Positions 38,963-53,367 of a stretch of 64,000 nucleotides of DNA are shown here, one piece after another. The stretch covers positions 6,882,001 to 6,946,000 of the forward strand of contig CM022674.1 of the NCBI GenBank assembly GCA_012295275.1, in the 5' to 3' direction. The DNA comes from Chrysomallon squamiferum. Its lineage: Eukaryota > Animalia > Mollusca. The notes beneath the pieces were generated by a model that saw nothing but the letters and a program-made list of their open reading frames with translations, did no database searches and was not told the origin of the DNA. The translations under genes were made by a program, and so were the position numbers. Within the stretch, counting starts at the first letter, position 1. Each line of letters opens with the position of its first letter.

Positions 38963-39748
38963 TAATAATTAAAAATTATTTTCAGATTTACTTACATGTA
39001 TATAAGAAAGAAAATATCATTTTTTTCTATTATATTACAAAATTTAGTTCAGAATATGAAAATTATATTTTTTCTCTCTCTTTTGTAACAATCCGTATTG
39101 CATATTTTAGACTTTAATAAAGTAAGCATTTAAGAAAAGACTTTCATATATATATATAATATATAATATATATATTAGAGAAATTACTGATACTGTTATT
39201 GTGGCATGAATGAAGGTCTATGATATATTCAGTGTTAACTAATTTACGTAATGCCTTCATCTTCACAAGAGCACCGCCATGGAAACGATTCAACGTAATT
39301 TTTATTCAATTGCCGTGGACATGTATGATAGAATTTGTGAGTAATATAAAATAAATTTTACATCATAAAGCTAAATCTGGTAGAGGGAACGTCTAATGTA
39401 AGAATAAAAAACCACGACAATAACTAAAACCGCAGTAGAAAAAAAAAAAAAAAAAAATAAATAATAATAACAATAATCTTTCTACATAATTATCTATAAT
39501 GGTGTTTGACACATATGACGAGGTATAATGTCTGAGAAAAAAAAAAAAAAAAATGCTATTTTTATTTCAAAAAATTAAAAAGAAAAAAGTATTTATCACG
39601 GTGTTCTGATACTCAGCTATATTTTGTCCATTAGGAATAAGTGTTTTATTTTCTGCTGATCTCTAACCATGCGTCACATGTCTTCCGGGTTTCGTCGGCT
39701 GCATGAAATTTAGGATTCTTACGTGTATTGTATTCTAAAAATTAAATC

Positions 39749-42700
39749 ATGAGAGTCAGCTGTTTCTTAGCTATTCATGTTGCAAGTTTGATAACGTTTA
39801 TTTCCGGACAGTGCAAATTCCCAACGCACATACCGTCCCCTGAAAAAATAGATGCTTATAAAAAACTGAAGCCTTTGATAGGAAAACGGTAAGAACTAAC
39901 CCCTCCAAATCAGCAAATGACTAAGGATTCGACTATGATAATTCGAAATTAAATTAAAAATGAAAATTCACTATTGTAAATAATACATATAATTATTTTT
40001 AAAACAGATATTTTGTTTTTGAATCCAGTGATTATTCATTTCTTTATGAAATGATGAATTGAAGCATTAGACGTTAGTCAACTTCCAGAATACATGGAAA
40101 CACTGGAGTATCATGATATGATTTTATGATATATAATATTTAGTTAAACTTAACTTCAGCATAATCAAATGAATAATAATATCATAGATCAGCTGATACA
40201 ATAAAAATAAATTTTGAATTTAATAAATTGTTTGTATTTATATCTTTCTGTTCTGTACATATACTAAAATTATGGACTGTTATTACTTGCCTTAGCAATT
40301 AGAAAAGTAAATGAAAGTAAAGCAATCATTTATAATGTTTTTATTGTTATTATTATGTTATTGTTTTTTTAAACACTGAATATAAAATTAGTATATAATC
40401 ATTCACTGTAATTTTATTATTATCATTATTAATTAATTAATTAATTATTATTATTATTTTTTTTATTATCATCATCATTATTTATTTATTTTTAAATTCA
40501 ATTATTATTACTTTTTTCCTTAGATTCTTTGTAAAGGATGTTTTAGGAAAGTTTTCCTACAATGTTGGTATTTGCACAAAGGCAGAGGTAGCTGCAGATG
40601 ATTCTGAAATTGGGGTCATACAGAGAAATCTTAATGATAATTCAAGAAATCCTGTCACAGTGGGTAAAATCACTAAAGCTACTATAATGTCTGGGCGTGA
40701 GTACTTTTTCAAAAATACACTTCATACACCTGCTAATCAGAGCAACATTCATATATGTTCATATACTATCACACACAAACATAATACACTATCACACACA
40801 AACATAATCACTATCACTCACATTATTATTACCCAGTCACAAATACACTACAGTATCGCACACAGAGACATAATACACTGTCACATACAAACATAATCAC
40901 TATCACTCAACATTATTATTACCCAGTCACAAATACACTACAGCATCGCACACAGAGACACAAATGTATAGTGTATAATCTTTGCTTTCGGAGGATCTAG
41001 ATGTGGCAAATTTGTGTGACATTTTAGTGAACTGTTTTTCATTGCAACCTCTGCTCCATGGCTGGTAAAACCAAAACTTCATATATGTAGTGTCCACTTT
41101 CTGAGGTGTTGCTTTTATTATCACTGATCTTGAGTTTAAAGTATAATGTATTAGTTCATTCTTTCTTGAAAGCTATTTATAACTACTGATAAAAATCTAT
41201 ATTTGATATATGTCATTCTGTCTGTGTGTTCAAACATCTGAATATTTTGGTGCACAGTAAAACTGTTTAAGAATATTTTTTACATAAATATAGAGTGATT
41301 TTACACACATAACTAACATGCATTATTATCCCAGCCTCCACAGTACTTTTATTTATTTTGTTTTTAGCTAACTGGATACTACTGGAGTATCATGGTGGGC
41401 AGAAATATGGTAACCACTGTGGTGGGTCAAAAAGAAAAGCATCTATTATATTTATCTGTGATCCGTATGCCACAGATGTAAGTTAAATTATGTTAATTCA
41501 ATTATATAAATATCCATTGTGTATTTCTTTGAAAGGAAAGAAAATTAACTGTCTTTTATTAAGGATGAATTATAAACACAGATAAGACAGATTTTAAAAA
41601 ATCCTTTTTAAAAGCAGAAGTTGGAAAATAAGTGTTTAAAGAGTTTAAACAGTGAATTCAGTTTAGATTTTTTTTTTTTTTTTTCATTTGTCATACATCT
41701 ATTAAGAGTGTGTGTGATGTAACATTTTTATTATGTTTTTATCATTTTGTTTAAACATATTGTTTTAATATTTATTATAATTATTATATATTTTTTTCTT
41801 GTGTGGTGTTGTGTTGTGTAGTGTAGTGTTGTGGTTGTATTATGTAGTGTAGTCATTGTGTTGTGTTGTGTTGTATTGTTTCATTACGTTATTATGATTA
41901 TTTCAGTCGAATCCAGGGATGTTGGTTTTGGATGAGAACAGAAACAAGACTTCTGATTGTTACTATCTCTTTCAACTGGATCATCAAACAATTTGTACAA
42001 AATCAACATCCAGTGTTCTCAGCCTTGGATCCATCTTCCTCATTGTGTGAGTCAGAATACACAGCATGCAGCTTTCAGTTTTAAAATCTCATAAAACTAA
42101 ATAAGTTGTTTTGAAATGTATTTCACCTTGTATTAAATATTTTTAAAATTTATTTTCTCTGCAGATTTTTTACTGTGGTAGCTGTTTATTTGTTGGCGGG
42201 TGCCCTTTATCAGAGATTTGTTCTCGGAGCGAAAGGTTTGGAACAGATTCCTAATTATTCATTTTGGCAAGACTTTGGAAATCTTCAAGCAGTAAGTGGA
42301 AATTTGTAAAATCTCTCTATTACATTTTTTTTTTTGTTCAGCTTTTGTATTTTTAATATTTACTAATTTTGAAATAACTTAGGAACTTTTCGTTATCATT
42401 TGCAAATTTTCACACTTTTTTTCCTATTTATATTTTTTTTTTTTAAATGTTTAAAAAAATAATAATTTAGAAATGTCTTTATATTTTATTTCTTTATCAT
42501 TTTCTCTTAAAAAAAGAATTTAAAAATATGTACATAATTTTTATTTTATGTTGGTAAATGTATTGTTGTTTGTTCATACTGTTGGTGTTTTATTGCAGAT
42601 TTGTAAATTAGTTATTTGTTCATTATGTGTTGTTAAATCAGAATGTAGAACATTTTATTTTATACTGGCAACTTTTTTTCTTTTTTTTTTTCTTAACATG

Positions 42701-42983
42701 TTAATAAAGATTTTTACTTAAGAATGTACTGGTACATATATAGTTACATATTTGTTCAGAGTGTACTGATAATTTTCGTTATCATATTATGTTGGTCAGT
42801 TTATTACTTGTTCATTGTACATTGATGACAGTTATTTTATATTAAATTTTATTATTTGTGCAGGATGGCTGTAACTTAGTGTGTCGTTCTGGGGGAAATC
42901 GTGGTGAGCGCAGATACCATGGGGTGGGGGATGACCAACTGGATGACCGAGAAGAAAGAGATGACAACTTATTACCAATGTGA
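39749..42983 (+). CDS. M6PR: Cation-dependent-type mannose-6-phosphate receptor (MPR46), 6 coding exons, 269 aa
   Basis: Exons 39749-39888, 40524-40696, 41368-41477, 41907-42046, 42165-42291, 42864-42983 (810 nt). Signal peptide, then a single MRH domain ([52 protein letters not shown]). TM segment [22 protein letters not shown] and tail [37 protein letters not shown]...GVGDDQL...ERDDNLLPM*. Confidence 0.95.
40797..40960. repeat. Direct tandem duplication (~90 bp) in M6PR intron 2
   Basis: ACAAACATAATCACTATCACTC..ACATTATTATTACCCAGTCACAAATACACTACAG.ATCGCACACAGAGACA occurs twice in tandem. Confidence 0.85.
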
Positions 42984-43701
42984 AGAAAAAAAATTTGGAT
43001 GAATGCTTGGAATGACTGAATGGCGAGAGTGTCAGTGTGTATGTTGTGTGATGAAATGTTTGTTCTTCTTTTTATATCATTTTTCAGTTGAATATTTTTT
43101 TTTTTTTTAAAGTTCCCAGAAAATGATCATATACAAGTGTTGAAAGTATTTTATAATTTCTGTTAATGTTTTGTTAAGTTGTTTTTCTTGTCTGAGTGAT
43201 GAAGAAGTTGTTTTTCTGTATTAAATTTGTTGTTATTAATGTGAAGATGTTTGTGTGTTTCTGAAAACTAAATAATTATGATCTGGAGCAATTTAAAGCT
43301 GATAGAGAAGATACATGATTTGATTTTACAAATGCATACTTTATTCTAAATATTATTATAAAAAATTGTTTCATTCAAAGTACAATCATTTTAATTAATT
43401 ACCAAATTTTAATATTTAAAATACTGTATTACTGATATTTCTACATGGCTTTAAATAAAAACAAATTAATATTTTAAAATGAAAGAATAACCTTTTAAAT
43501 ATATATTTAAAACGTTTCATATAGTAAGTATTGCAGGCACTTTTCTCAGTCATCATATCTGTATATTTTAATTGTAAAATAAAATACATTTTAGTAAAGT
43601 CTATAGTAATTAGTTACATGAAGAAAAGAAAAGCAATTTTAAAACTCACCAGAAGAATGGTCTTTTTTTAAATCTTTGTTGACTTTATTTCAATATTATT
43701 A

Positions 43702-43743
<42 letters not shown>

Positions 43744-44067
43744 AGAAATCCCCAAAGCATTGTATAATATCTTCAAATTTTTTGTCTTGGTGCTATTTCC
43801 TCTTTCAGTCAGGTAAAAAAAAAAAAAAAAATACAAGCTAGCAAATTCCTTTCCAATAATAATTAGAATGATGCTTCTATACTTTTTCATTTAAACTTCT
43901 GTTTTGTTTTCATATAGTGTATATACTTTCCATATATCTGAAATTAGTTCATTTTAGTGATGTCATGGTTACTGACATAGAATCATTGATTAATATTAGT
44001 CATCATTTTTCTTTTTTACTCACTTGTTATTTTCCACTTACATTTTTATATGTAACTCTGTAGTTAA

Positions 44068-44104
<37 letters not shown>

Positions 44105-46123
44105 TGTGTGTTTACATGTATGTCCACAAACACACACCTGTTATTCAGGATGACATATTGTTACTCAAACATATTTAAAATTTTTATTTTGAAGACAGAA
44201 CAATTTTTTTTTATTTAAAGATGATGTATCTTGAGTATTTTTCTTTTTTGTTCTTTATCTGTATTGTTATCGCTTTCTAAATTCTTTATCAGTGTCTTTA
44301 TCGCTTTCTAAATTAAATTCTTTATCAGTATTTTTGTTGCTTTCTAAATTCTTTATCAGTATTTTTATTTCTTTGTAAATTCATCATTTCTAATATCCAA
44401 CACTGATTTTAAGTTAAGTTTTATTCATGTCTTCATTATTGGTTTTTGAAATTAAACAATTGATGAAAATGAAAAGGACTGTGGACTCTCCACAGGGACT
44501 GAAATGAATGGCTTGAAACTTGTATTTTATCCAGTGCAAATAGAGTGAGTGACAGAGTACGTCACATCAAATAAACTTTCAAATATCATGACTAAATTTA
44601 GACATACTGGTAAAATGGGTTTGAATTTGCAGATCTGTTAATATCATATCTCTTATACATACATCATAGAGAACTGACAGATATATTTATAAAAAAAATA
44701 ACATTAGAAATCAGTCATTTGCCAGCAGTGTATTTGGAAATTAGACTGCAAGGGGTATTTTGTGTTTATAATTTGGATTGGTAATAGTTGTATAAAAAAA
44801 AATAACATGAACCCTTTTAGAATTGTTTAGCTATCTCATTAACTTGCGTAGCAAAATTTCTGTTCTTAGCTTGGTCACAGATTTGATATTTTTCAGTCAT
44901 CAGATGATGTATAATACAGAGGGTAACATTTGATGTGAAAGAATTCATTATTTAATATTTGTCACTAAACCCTGTCAAAACCTTGAAGTTTAAGGCAGTC
45001 AAGTCTTTTGAACCTTGTTCTAACCCTGAATTATAGATTAGTATTGAAAATGTTATTTTCTTTTAGCTTAGTTTTGTTTGTTGTATTCATATGAATGAAT
45101 GCATTTTGGTGTGAATACATCTAGACATATTTTTGAATTAGTTGGTGTGACAAATGTCTCTTAAAACTCTGTATTAGAATGGTTTTAAAAATCCATCTTC
45201 AAATATCAGTGCAATATAAAAATTAAAAATAATGCACTTTGATTTAAAAATTTATTTCAACTACATAAGCTACAAGTTTGGTGGATTTAACCAAGCTTTA
45301 AAAAAAAAGAAGAAAAAACGTCAAATTAATATTGATGTTCATTGATAGTGGTTTGTTGCATAATTTATAATTTTAAGGGTTTTTTTGGTTTTTGATGAGT
45401 GCTTAAGGGTTGCTTTGATTTTTGTCAGAAAGATTTTTTCATTCTTACTGTATAAAATACATTCCAAGGGAAAATAAAAATTCTTTTTACACTCTGAAAC
45501 TGTTTTTTGGTTGTATTACAAAATGATTGTTTCTGTAAAACCATCAGTCTTGTGACAGATTTATAAATACAAGAAATTTCACATTTCTGAAAAGAAATTT
45601 ACAAAATGTCATAAACAAATACAGGAAGATGTCATTAAAAAAAACAATATAACAATAAAATTACATTCTCACTCATTTATTTACAGCAGAAAAACATTTT
45701 TCTTAATAACATGATTTCTGTTAACTAAATTACTGAAACTGCTTCAAGATCTTTTAATATCTTGTCTTTTTTAATCTGATTGTGTTAGCCATCACATAAA
45801 CACATAAATATTCTTACATAGCTCATTCACATTCCAAATTTGGTAACTTTGACCCTAGATTAATAAAATTTCCTCATTTCTAACATTTTTCTCAAAATAA
45901 CACCATAAAAATGAAGGATAATTCAGCTTAACCTAATTTGTTTTTCTTTTTTTTCACTTTAAAAAATCAATATTCTTTTTATCAAAAGTCTTTCGTATAA
46001 TAGTGAAAAAGGAAAATTCAACCTAGCCTAATTTGTTTTTTTCTGACTTCTGTTTTTCTTTCTCTTTTACAAACTGATATTCTTTACGTCCATCACAAAA
46101 TGAAGAAGTGTAAAAATCAGACA

Positions 46124-49100
46124 TCAAAGTCCAGTTCCTCTGATAGTGTCTGTGTCCAACTCTGCTTGTCTGGCTATTTCTATTCTTGTTTTGTCCATTG
46201 GCACATAGTACCACCCTTTGTAGTCTGCATTCCTGTACATGAGTTCTTTCACCTTCTGTTCAAGTTTTCTAAATAAATAAATCATTTTTTATGTAGCATG
46301 TAATACTGAATAAAGTAAGAGAAATTTGTATAATAAATTCAAAAAGATATTTGAAATAGAATTTTCAGAAATTATGCTAAAAATAGCTGTAAAGAAAGCT
46401 CTTTTATAAAATATTTTTAATTAAAAATGGAATTGTTATTAATGTTTAAAATTATCAATAAAATTAATTTTTAATAAAAATAATAATAATAATAAAACAT
46501 ACACTATAACATTTTGCTTTTAAAGGATCTGATGCTTTTTATTTGTAAATTCTGCAAGACTTGAAATGATTAATAAAGCAACAATTTTTCTGTTGCTGTA
46601 ACTCTCCAGTTTAAAAACATCTCAAACAGGATTACTTTTTAATATTCTTCCAGATCTTAAACATCTGAGGTTTTTAATAAAATATATATATATTTTCTTA
46701 TATAATGTCAATCTGTGTACTTGCTAGCCCTGTCAGATCATTTTCTAAACTTACACTAATTTACATTTTTCCATTTCTTCATTCAGAAAATGGAGATTCC
46801 GTTCATAAACTTTCTCTGGGGGGTCATAAATGTAGCGAGCAAACCAGCGCTCTATAGGACTCTGTTAGAAATAAAATGTATAATAATACCCAGTGTATTT
46901 ACATAAATATTTAGTTTTCTCATTATAAAATTTATTATAGTATTTGTGTAAAATGTATTGTGTTAATATTAATATATATATTTTTTATTATAAAAGGAAA
47001 AGATATACATTAGCAAATAAAAATATTTAGAAGGAAAGACTTGTTAGTTACAGTTGATCATTTTTAATATTGGTTTCTTATTTAATGTTTAACAATATTT
47101 TATAAATACATTTCAAGTAAGAAAGTATAAATAGCTTCATATTTTAATTTAACCACTCAATTTAAAAAAAAATGTGTTCATTAATGTTAGACTGAAGCTC
47201 TGAATTAAACTCAAAATTAATGTCAAATATTTGCTCTTTATATAGATAAAATTCTGAATAATAAAAGTATTTGTTTTGAATTGTGTACTTTCTACAACTG
47301 GGTATTCAAATAAGAAAAAGCATAAAAGAATGATAAGATTCAGCTGATAAAATTTTAGTTAGACATTACTAAAACTACCTTGTAATACTCCCAGTGTTTT
47401 GGTTCGTAGCCCTCAGGGATGTCAGAGAGCTCTGCCGGTCCTGTGTGAAGTAACAATTATATTTTGATTTGTAAACTGTGTTTTATAACACACACACACA
47501 CACACCCACACCCCCCACACAAACACAGACCTTAAATAGCTTTCAAAATATATTCTAACTTTCCATTTTTTAATTTATTTAATTGTTGCTGTTATAATTT
47601 TTTATTAGCATCACGAGATATTTTATTTGCACCCACCCACAGATAGGAAAGTATAAAATGGTCTTTGATAAAACTGTTATATGGTACAGGCAGAGACAGG
47701 TAATGCAATTAATTCATCTTGTAATGGTAATTATTTAAATATGTCACAAAGATAAATAATCCAATAATTTGCAACAAAATATGAATTATTGTAAGTAGTA
47801 TATATTCCCAGCATATTACAACTGACATATATTTATTAACTTAATAATTAAAAGTGTTATAGTGTTAAAAAAAAACCCCAAAACACACATTATAATAATT
47901 TAAGAAAAAGTAATTCAAATTACTTACCAATAAATAAATTTGCACATGTAATTAAAACAGCCATTGGAGCCAGACCAAGAAATAAAAAAAAGTGCTGAAA
48001 AGAAAAAGAAAAATGATGAAAAAATAATGTTATTTTTGTTTTATTAGAAGTTGAACAATAAAAATATTGGTATATGCTCAAATCCATGAATTTAAATTTT
48101 TTATAAAAATTAAAAGCATCTCCTATGTAATTTGAATATATAACAAATTATTATTATTTATTAAAAAAAAAAGGTATTTTATTTAATTATTTAAATTAAA
48201 ATAATCTGAGCAAACAAAAATTTCAACTTAAATATTAGTGTTTTCTGTCTCTAGTTTTGCTGTTCATAGTTTGCCAGTTGGATATAGTGTGAATCTGAAT
48301 AGAAGTTACTCCAAAGCTGAGGGGTTTTGTTTCTATTTAATATAATTAATGAAAGGTTTTCTTATTTATTTAACAAAAAATTTATATCATTCTATAATTT
48401 TCTAGTTACTTTGTAATTACATTAGCTGAAATTCTTAAAATGAAATGTTAATCTTACAACATCATCCTTAAATCTGTCCCACTGAAATCTTGAAGGTTTC
48501 ACCACCATTGTTCTTTTTTCACTCATGTTTCGAACAATCACTAAAAACAGATATAACAATTAATGCATTACACTTTTAGTATGAAAAATCAATGACAATC
48601 AGTTTAAATATTATTAGTAGTAGTTGTACAAATGAACAAAATGGATCCAAATGTCAACAAGAAAAATAAAGTTCATGTAGTTGTACTTATCACCCTCGAA
48701 TTTAACAGTGTTGTCTGATACAATGGTTATTAAAAGTTAAAACTGGTTGATTTGGCAATCCAAAAATGAATTTAACAGTTTATATTTCTTTTCAGTATGA
48801 ACTGCAGCATCAAAAGAACAATGTATTGCAAAAATTGAAAATAAAAAATGTCTTATTTGAATTTACAATGCATATCTTTATTATTATTATTAAAAATCAT
48901 CCAGTATCCTGAGTAACTTAAAAGTTTTGTTTTATAAAGTCTGTAAGTAAAAGCAAAGAAAATAAAACCTGACAAGATAACTTTTTGAAAAGTATCTGAG
49001 ATAATATAAACAAACATTATAATATATTTTATACTGTATAATGTATTATTTCCAATTAAACTAAACATCAACCTTTCTTAATAATGAAATTTTACAATGT

Positions 49101-49470
49101 GTTACATAGTGACAGGTAAGAGTTGCGTATTTGGAAATTAATTACAATATAGAGCACACACACGCACATGAACCAGTATCAGCTAAAACTGTCTACATAA
49201 AAAAAAAAATAATTAAAGTAAATTACAAATGTTGTCAAACGTGCCCTCTGAGTAGTCGATAGTCTTACTCTTAGTCTTAGTTACATATAAACCTAAATCA
49301 AACGGTGGATCATAATTAAATAATTAACTTAAAGCTGCATTTAGATTTCTTTAATTTCATATTTATATAAATTAAACGAACTAATTTTTACCAGCTCCAG
49401 GTGTTTTCCCAGCTGTCATAAGAGTGCGAACACCCTGAAGACAGGGGCGAAGCGTACTCATCCCCACCAT
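46124..49470 (-). CDS. NDUFB5: NADH dehydrogenase (ubiquinone) 1 beta subcomplex subunit 5 (SGDH), 6 exons, 180 aa
   Basis: Exons 49470-49392, 48540-48458, 47994-47928, 47440-47379, 46861-46755, 46268-46124 (543 nt). Basic presequence, then [16 protein letters not shown]|[23 protein letters not shown]|[20 protein letters not shown]|[20 protein letters not shown]...|[20 protein letters not shown]. Confidence 0.95.
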
Positions 49471-49820
49471 TTTGTATTCTGCCAAGGACAAATAGTTTCT
49501 ATTTGCAAACTTTAAACAGATTAGAGTTGCGAGGTTGGAAATGGACCGGTTTCTTATTCCAGTCTGTCCAACCTAATTTGTATTTAAGCGTAGCACTTAT
49601 TCACAACTTAGAATCAATCTATATTTATTCACGTAATGCACCATGCATTTTCGTAATATAATTTAGTTATAAAAGTTTAAAAAAAAGTTTATGTATAAAA
49701 TGTTATTCAATATTAAAAATATACAATTTAAACATCCTTCATTTTATTTTTTGCTTTAAAGTTTTTAAAGTGAATTATTATCATTGAGTGCATCAAGTGA
49801 AAGTCAAAACACTGGCAAGC
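49471..49820. promoter_or_regulatory. Compact bidirectional promoter NDUFB5 / SPAG7
   Basis: Divergent ATGs only 350 bp apart (49470 minus, 49821 plus). A YY1-like CAAAATGG overlaps the NDUFB5 start. Confidence 0.7.
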
Positions 49821-50369
49821 ATGGATCTTTTGGGATCTATCTTAGGTTCGATGGAAAAACCTCCGACAATTGATGACAAAGAAAAGAAAAGGGCGAAAGG
49901 TTGTATTTTAATTTCAGTGACATCTCATTATTAGTATATCGCAATGTAAGGGTGATGCTGAAAAAGTAATTGATATTTCGTACCTAGTGTATTAAGCTCC
50001 CATTGCGACTTTTGTCACTTTGTGGTATCTCTTACTAGCGGCTAGCCTTGGACAAAAAGATTCTCATTAATATTACAAACTTATTGAAAAAATCATTATT
50101 CCAAATGACACTGAATATTTTGTAAAGATCAACAAATGAACAAAACACAATGTCAAATTATTTTATGTTATATAACCTGAATATTAAATAACGTGAAAAT
50201 TCGTAATAAAAATTAAACATGATGATGATGATGATGATGCATCAATGATCAGATGATCAGTCGTAAGTCAGCAGCGGCCATGAACTAATTTGTCATCATA
50301 CAGACATATTTTAAAACCATAAGTTGTTGCTGTTGTTATCAGTAATTTTGTTATGCTATTCAGTAATTC

Positions 50370-50422
<53 letters not shown>

Positions 50423-52902
50423 ACTATATATTGTATACAGTAGGCCTAAATTTGGCCTCTTTCAGTGACAACAATTTATTTGTAATTATTATGTAATTTT
50501 ATTATTAATTTGATCCTTTGCAGTGATCTGATATTGTTTTATTTATTCTTATTTTACAGCGCAGAAAGCATTGGTAGAGAAACAGCAGTTAAAAGAAAAA
50601 CAAAAGTTGGATGATTTCCGTGAAAAGGTAAAAATAAAAATTATAAGTTAAAGATAAGAAGTTGTAAAAATTTAATTTAAGAAAGAAATACAAAGAAAAA
50701 TTTTTTTTTTTTTATGTTAATTTTTAAAGCATGTATTTTTTATTTTAACAGATGCAAAAGAGAATACATGAATTTATCAAAGATCCCACCCAACCCAAAT
50801 TAAAATTTGAACCGATGGATAAAGTGTTCCGAGCATTGATGTGAGAAGTATTTTAAAGCTAAAATAATATATCATATATTTTTATTATATGCAATGCATT
50901 GTTTTAATTTATAAGTATATAAATTTAAAAAAATTATTGCATGTTTACCTTACAGATTTATGAATAAGCCTGTTTAATTTATTCTGTTAAAATATCAAAT
51001 CAATTTTTTTTTTCTCTTCCAAACCATGCAGATGTAAAATTATTTTTATAAAGAAATTTGAATTATGAAAGATGATGTGTTTCTGTGCTTATCTGTCTTC
51101 TGTTATTGTTTATCAGTGTTTATCAAGAACTGATAATTAAATGTTTATTATACGTTTATATGTCTGCAGACACGACATAGCTGATGTTGCTGGTCTTACA
51201 TCATTTTCTTTTGGAATAGAGGAAGAAGAGAGATATGTTATGATTTGGAAAAAGGCAAAACATTTTCTTAATTAAAATCTTAATAATAACAATAGTAAAT
51301 AATAATAATAATAATTATGACAGTAACAACAATGAGTTTTAGTAAAAATGATATGACTAAACTATATTTCATATAAATTAAGACCAAAGAACACAAAATG
51401 TTTTTAAGTTACTGTTCTAATAAATAAATAATGAAAATAATAAATATTAATAATGATGCTATTAAGAATAGCAGAGGTGACAATGATGCCAATAACATTA
51501 ATAATTTTGATGAGCATTTTATTAAGATAACTTTCTTTTATAATTATTCTTAAAAAAATAAAGTTGGCCAGTCAGATGTTTTGTTTTTATTATTTTTAAA
51601 ATTTTTGTGACTGGATTTATAAAAACATTTTTGTTTTGTTTTCTTCAAACACTTTATTATTATTATTATTATTATTATTTTTATTTTTATTAATGTGTCT
51701 GTGTGTCTGACAGGAGTTTTGTCCGTCTGATGAAGAACTGAATGCATACAAACGTGGCGAGGACTGGGATCCTGAGAAAGCTAAAGAGGCTGTGAAACAG
51801 AAGGTGAGGCATGAAGCATAAGGAGAATAAAATTTAAAATAAATGAATTTAAATTTATCTTGTTTGTCTTTCTTTGTCGCTTTGTTGTTGTGTATGTCTG
51901 TGTTTCAGTTTGTATGTTAATGTTGGTTTGTTCTGACCATCCATGTATATTTATTGGTCTGCCTCTAAAAATTTTGTTTTCTCTGAATCTACCTTTCTTC
52001 CTTTTGTTTGATTGTTTCTCTGTGTGTCTGTCTGTCCATCTGATTTAGGCTGTCTAGGTTTGTGTCCTCTCTCAAATTAAATTCTTTTCTAAGATTTCAA
52101 AAGGAAATTCAACATAAATTTAACCTACATGATTTCACATTTTTATTTTTGGACCTCTTACATGTTTTTCAAATTAAAATTTTTATTCTAAAATGTTGTT
52201 TTATTTTTAAAATGGTTTCAGGAACTAGAAGATCGTCTTCACGCAGAACAATTAAAGAATGCTGGGAAAACTACACCAGCCACCAACTACCGTGACAAGT
52301 ACAAGCATCTGATAGGCGAAGAAGCTGCCAAAGATGCAGCAAAAAACATGAAGGCAAATAAATCCTATGGATTTGGTATGTTGCTTTTGTAACCTTGCAT
52401 GCTGAAACAGGAGCTAAGTCACATTGTAGATAATGCTGTGTTATGCAGATGTTCCTTTATGTTATGTCACACATTTAATTTTTATGCCACTCCCATGTTT
52501 TTAACTTATGTGGGTGTAAAAATGGTCCTGTTTGATTATCAGTAAATATGGAAACGTTTAACAGACCTTGATAACTTGTTCAGACTGAAATTCAGAAAAG
52601 TTGTTCAAAAGAATCTTTAGCATTACCAATATTTTTTCAGCTTCTGTCATTTTATCTTGTTTGGGTTAAGAAATTTTCTCTTGAAATTTGTTCTTCTTAG
52701 ATATACGGTGATTTTATTGTGAATTATTTTTATTTTAGTTCCGAGTGATAATAAACGAGACCAGAGAACAATAGAACAAGTTCTCAATGACACCAGAGCT
52801 AAAAAGAAACTGAAAACGGAACATCACAATGATCTATCCAAGCAAGCAGACACAGATGAATCCAAGCAGACAGACAGAGATGACACTAGTGACCAATCCT
52901 GA
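49821..52902 (+). CDS. SPAG7: Sperm-associated antigen 7 homolog (R3H domain), 7 exons, 242 aa
   Basis: Exons 49821-49899, 50560-50627, 50752-50840, 51170-51254, 51714-51803, 52222-52375, 52739-52902 (729 nt). Reads [15 protein letters not shown]...[40 protein letters not shown]|[23 protein letters not shown]...[11 protein letters not shown]...[20 protein letters not shown]. Intron 4 has a GC donor. Confidence 0.95.
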
Positions 52903-53091
52903 TGGCTGTTTTATTAGGACAGTGAAACTGGCCAATGAAATTAGCTGTCTTTTCAAAATCTTTAAAAATCCAAAAATTACTGACTTTTATGATTTTAATG
53001 TTTGAATTTTTGTAATCTGGATGTTAAAAAGACATTGGAAAATATTCCAAAATACCTCCATTTTATTATTTTATTTTTTTATATATTTTTT

Positions 53092-53367
53092 ATTCAAATA
53101 AATTGTGTTTTGTTTCATTTTCAACATTATCAGATACTTCACTTGATCATATCTTATTGTTTCATAAGGTATAAGGATTTGTTAAATTTAAATGAAATTT
53201 ATTATTTTAATAAGCACTGATTTTCAAAGTTTTATTATTCAAATAAATTGTGTTTGATTTTCAACATTATCAGATACTAAACTTGATCATATCTTATTGT
53301 TGTATAAGGATTTGTTAAATTTAAATGAAATTTATTAATTTAATAAGCACTGATTTTCAAAGTTTTA
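53092..53367. repeat. ~140-bp direct tandem duplication in the SPAG7 3' region
   Basis: ATTCAAATAAATTGTGTTT...TTTTCAACATTATCAGATACT..ACTTGATCATATCTTATTGTT...TAAGGATTTGTTAAATTTAAATGAAATTTATTA.TTTAATAAGCACTGATTTTCAAAGTTTT occurs twice. Confidence 0.9.
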
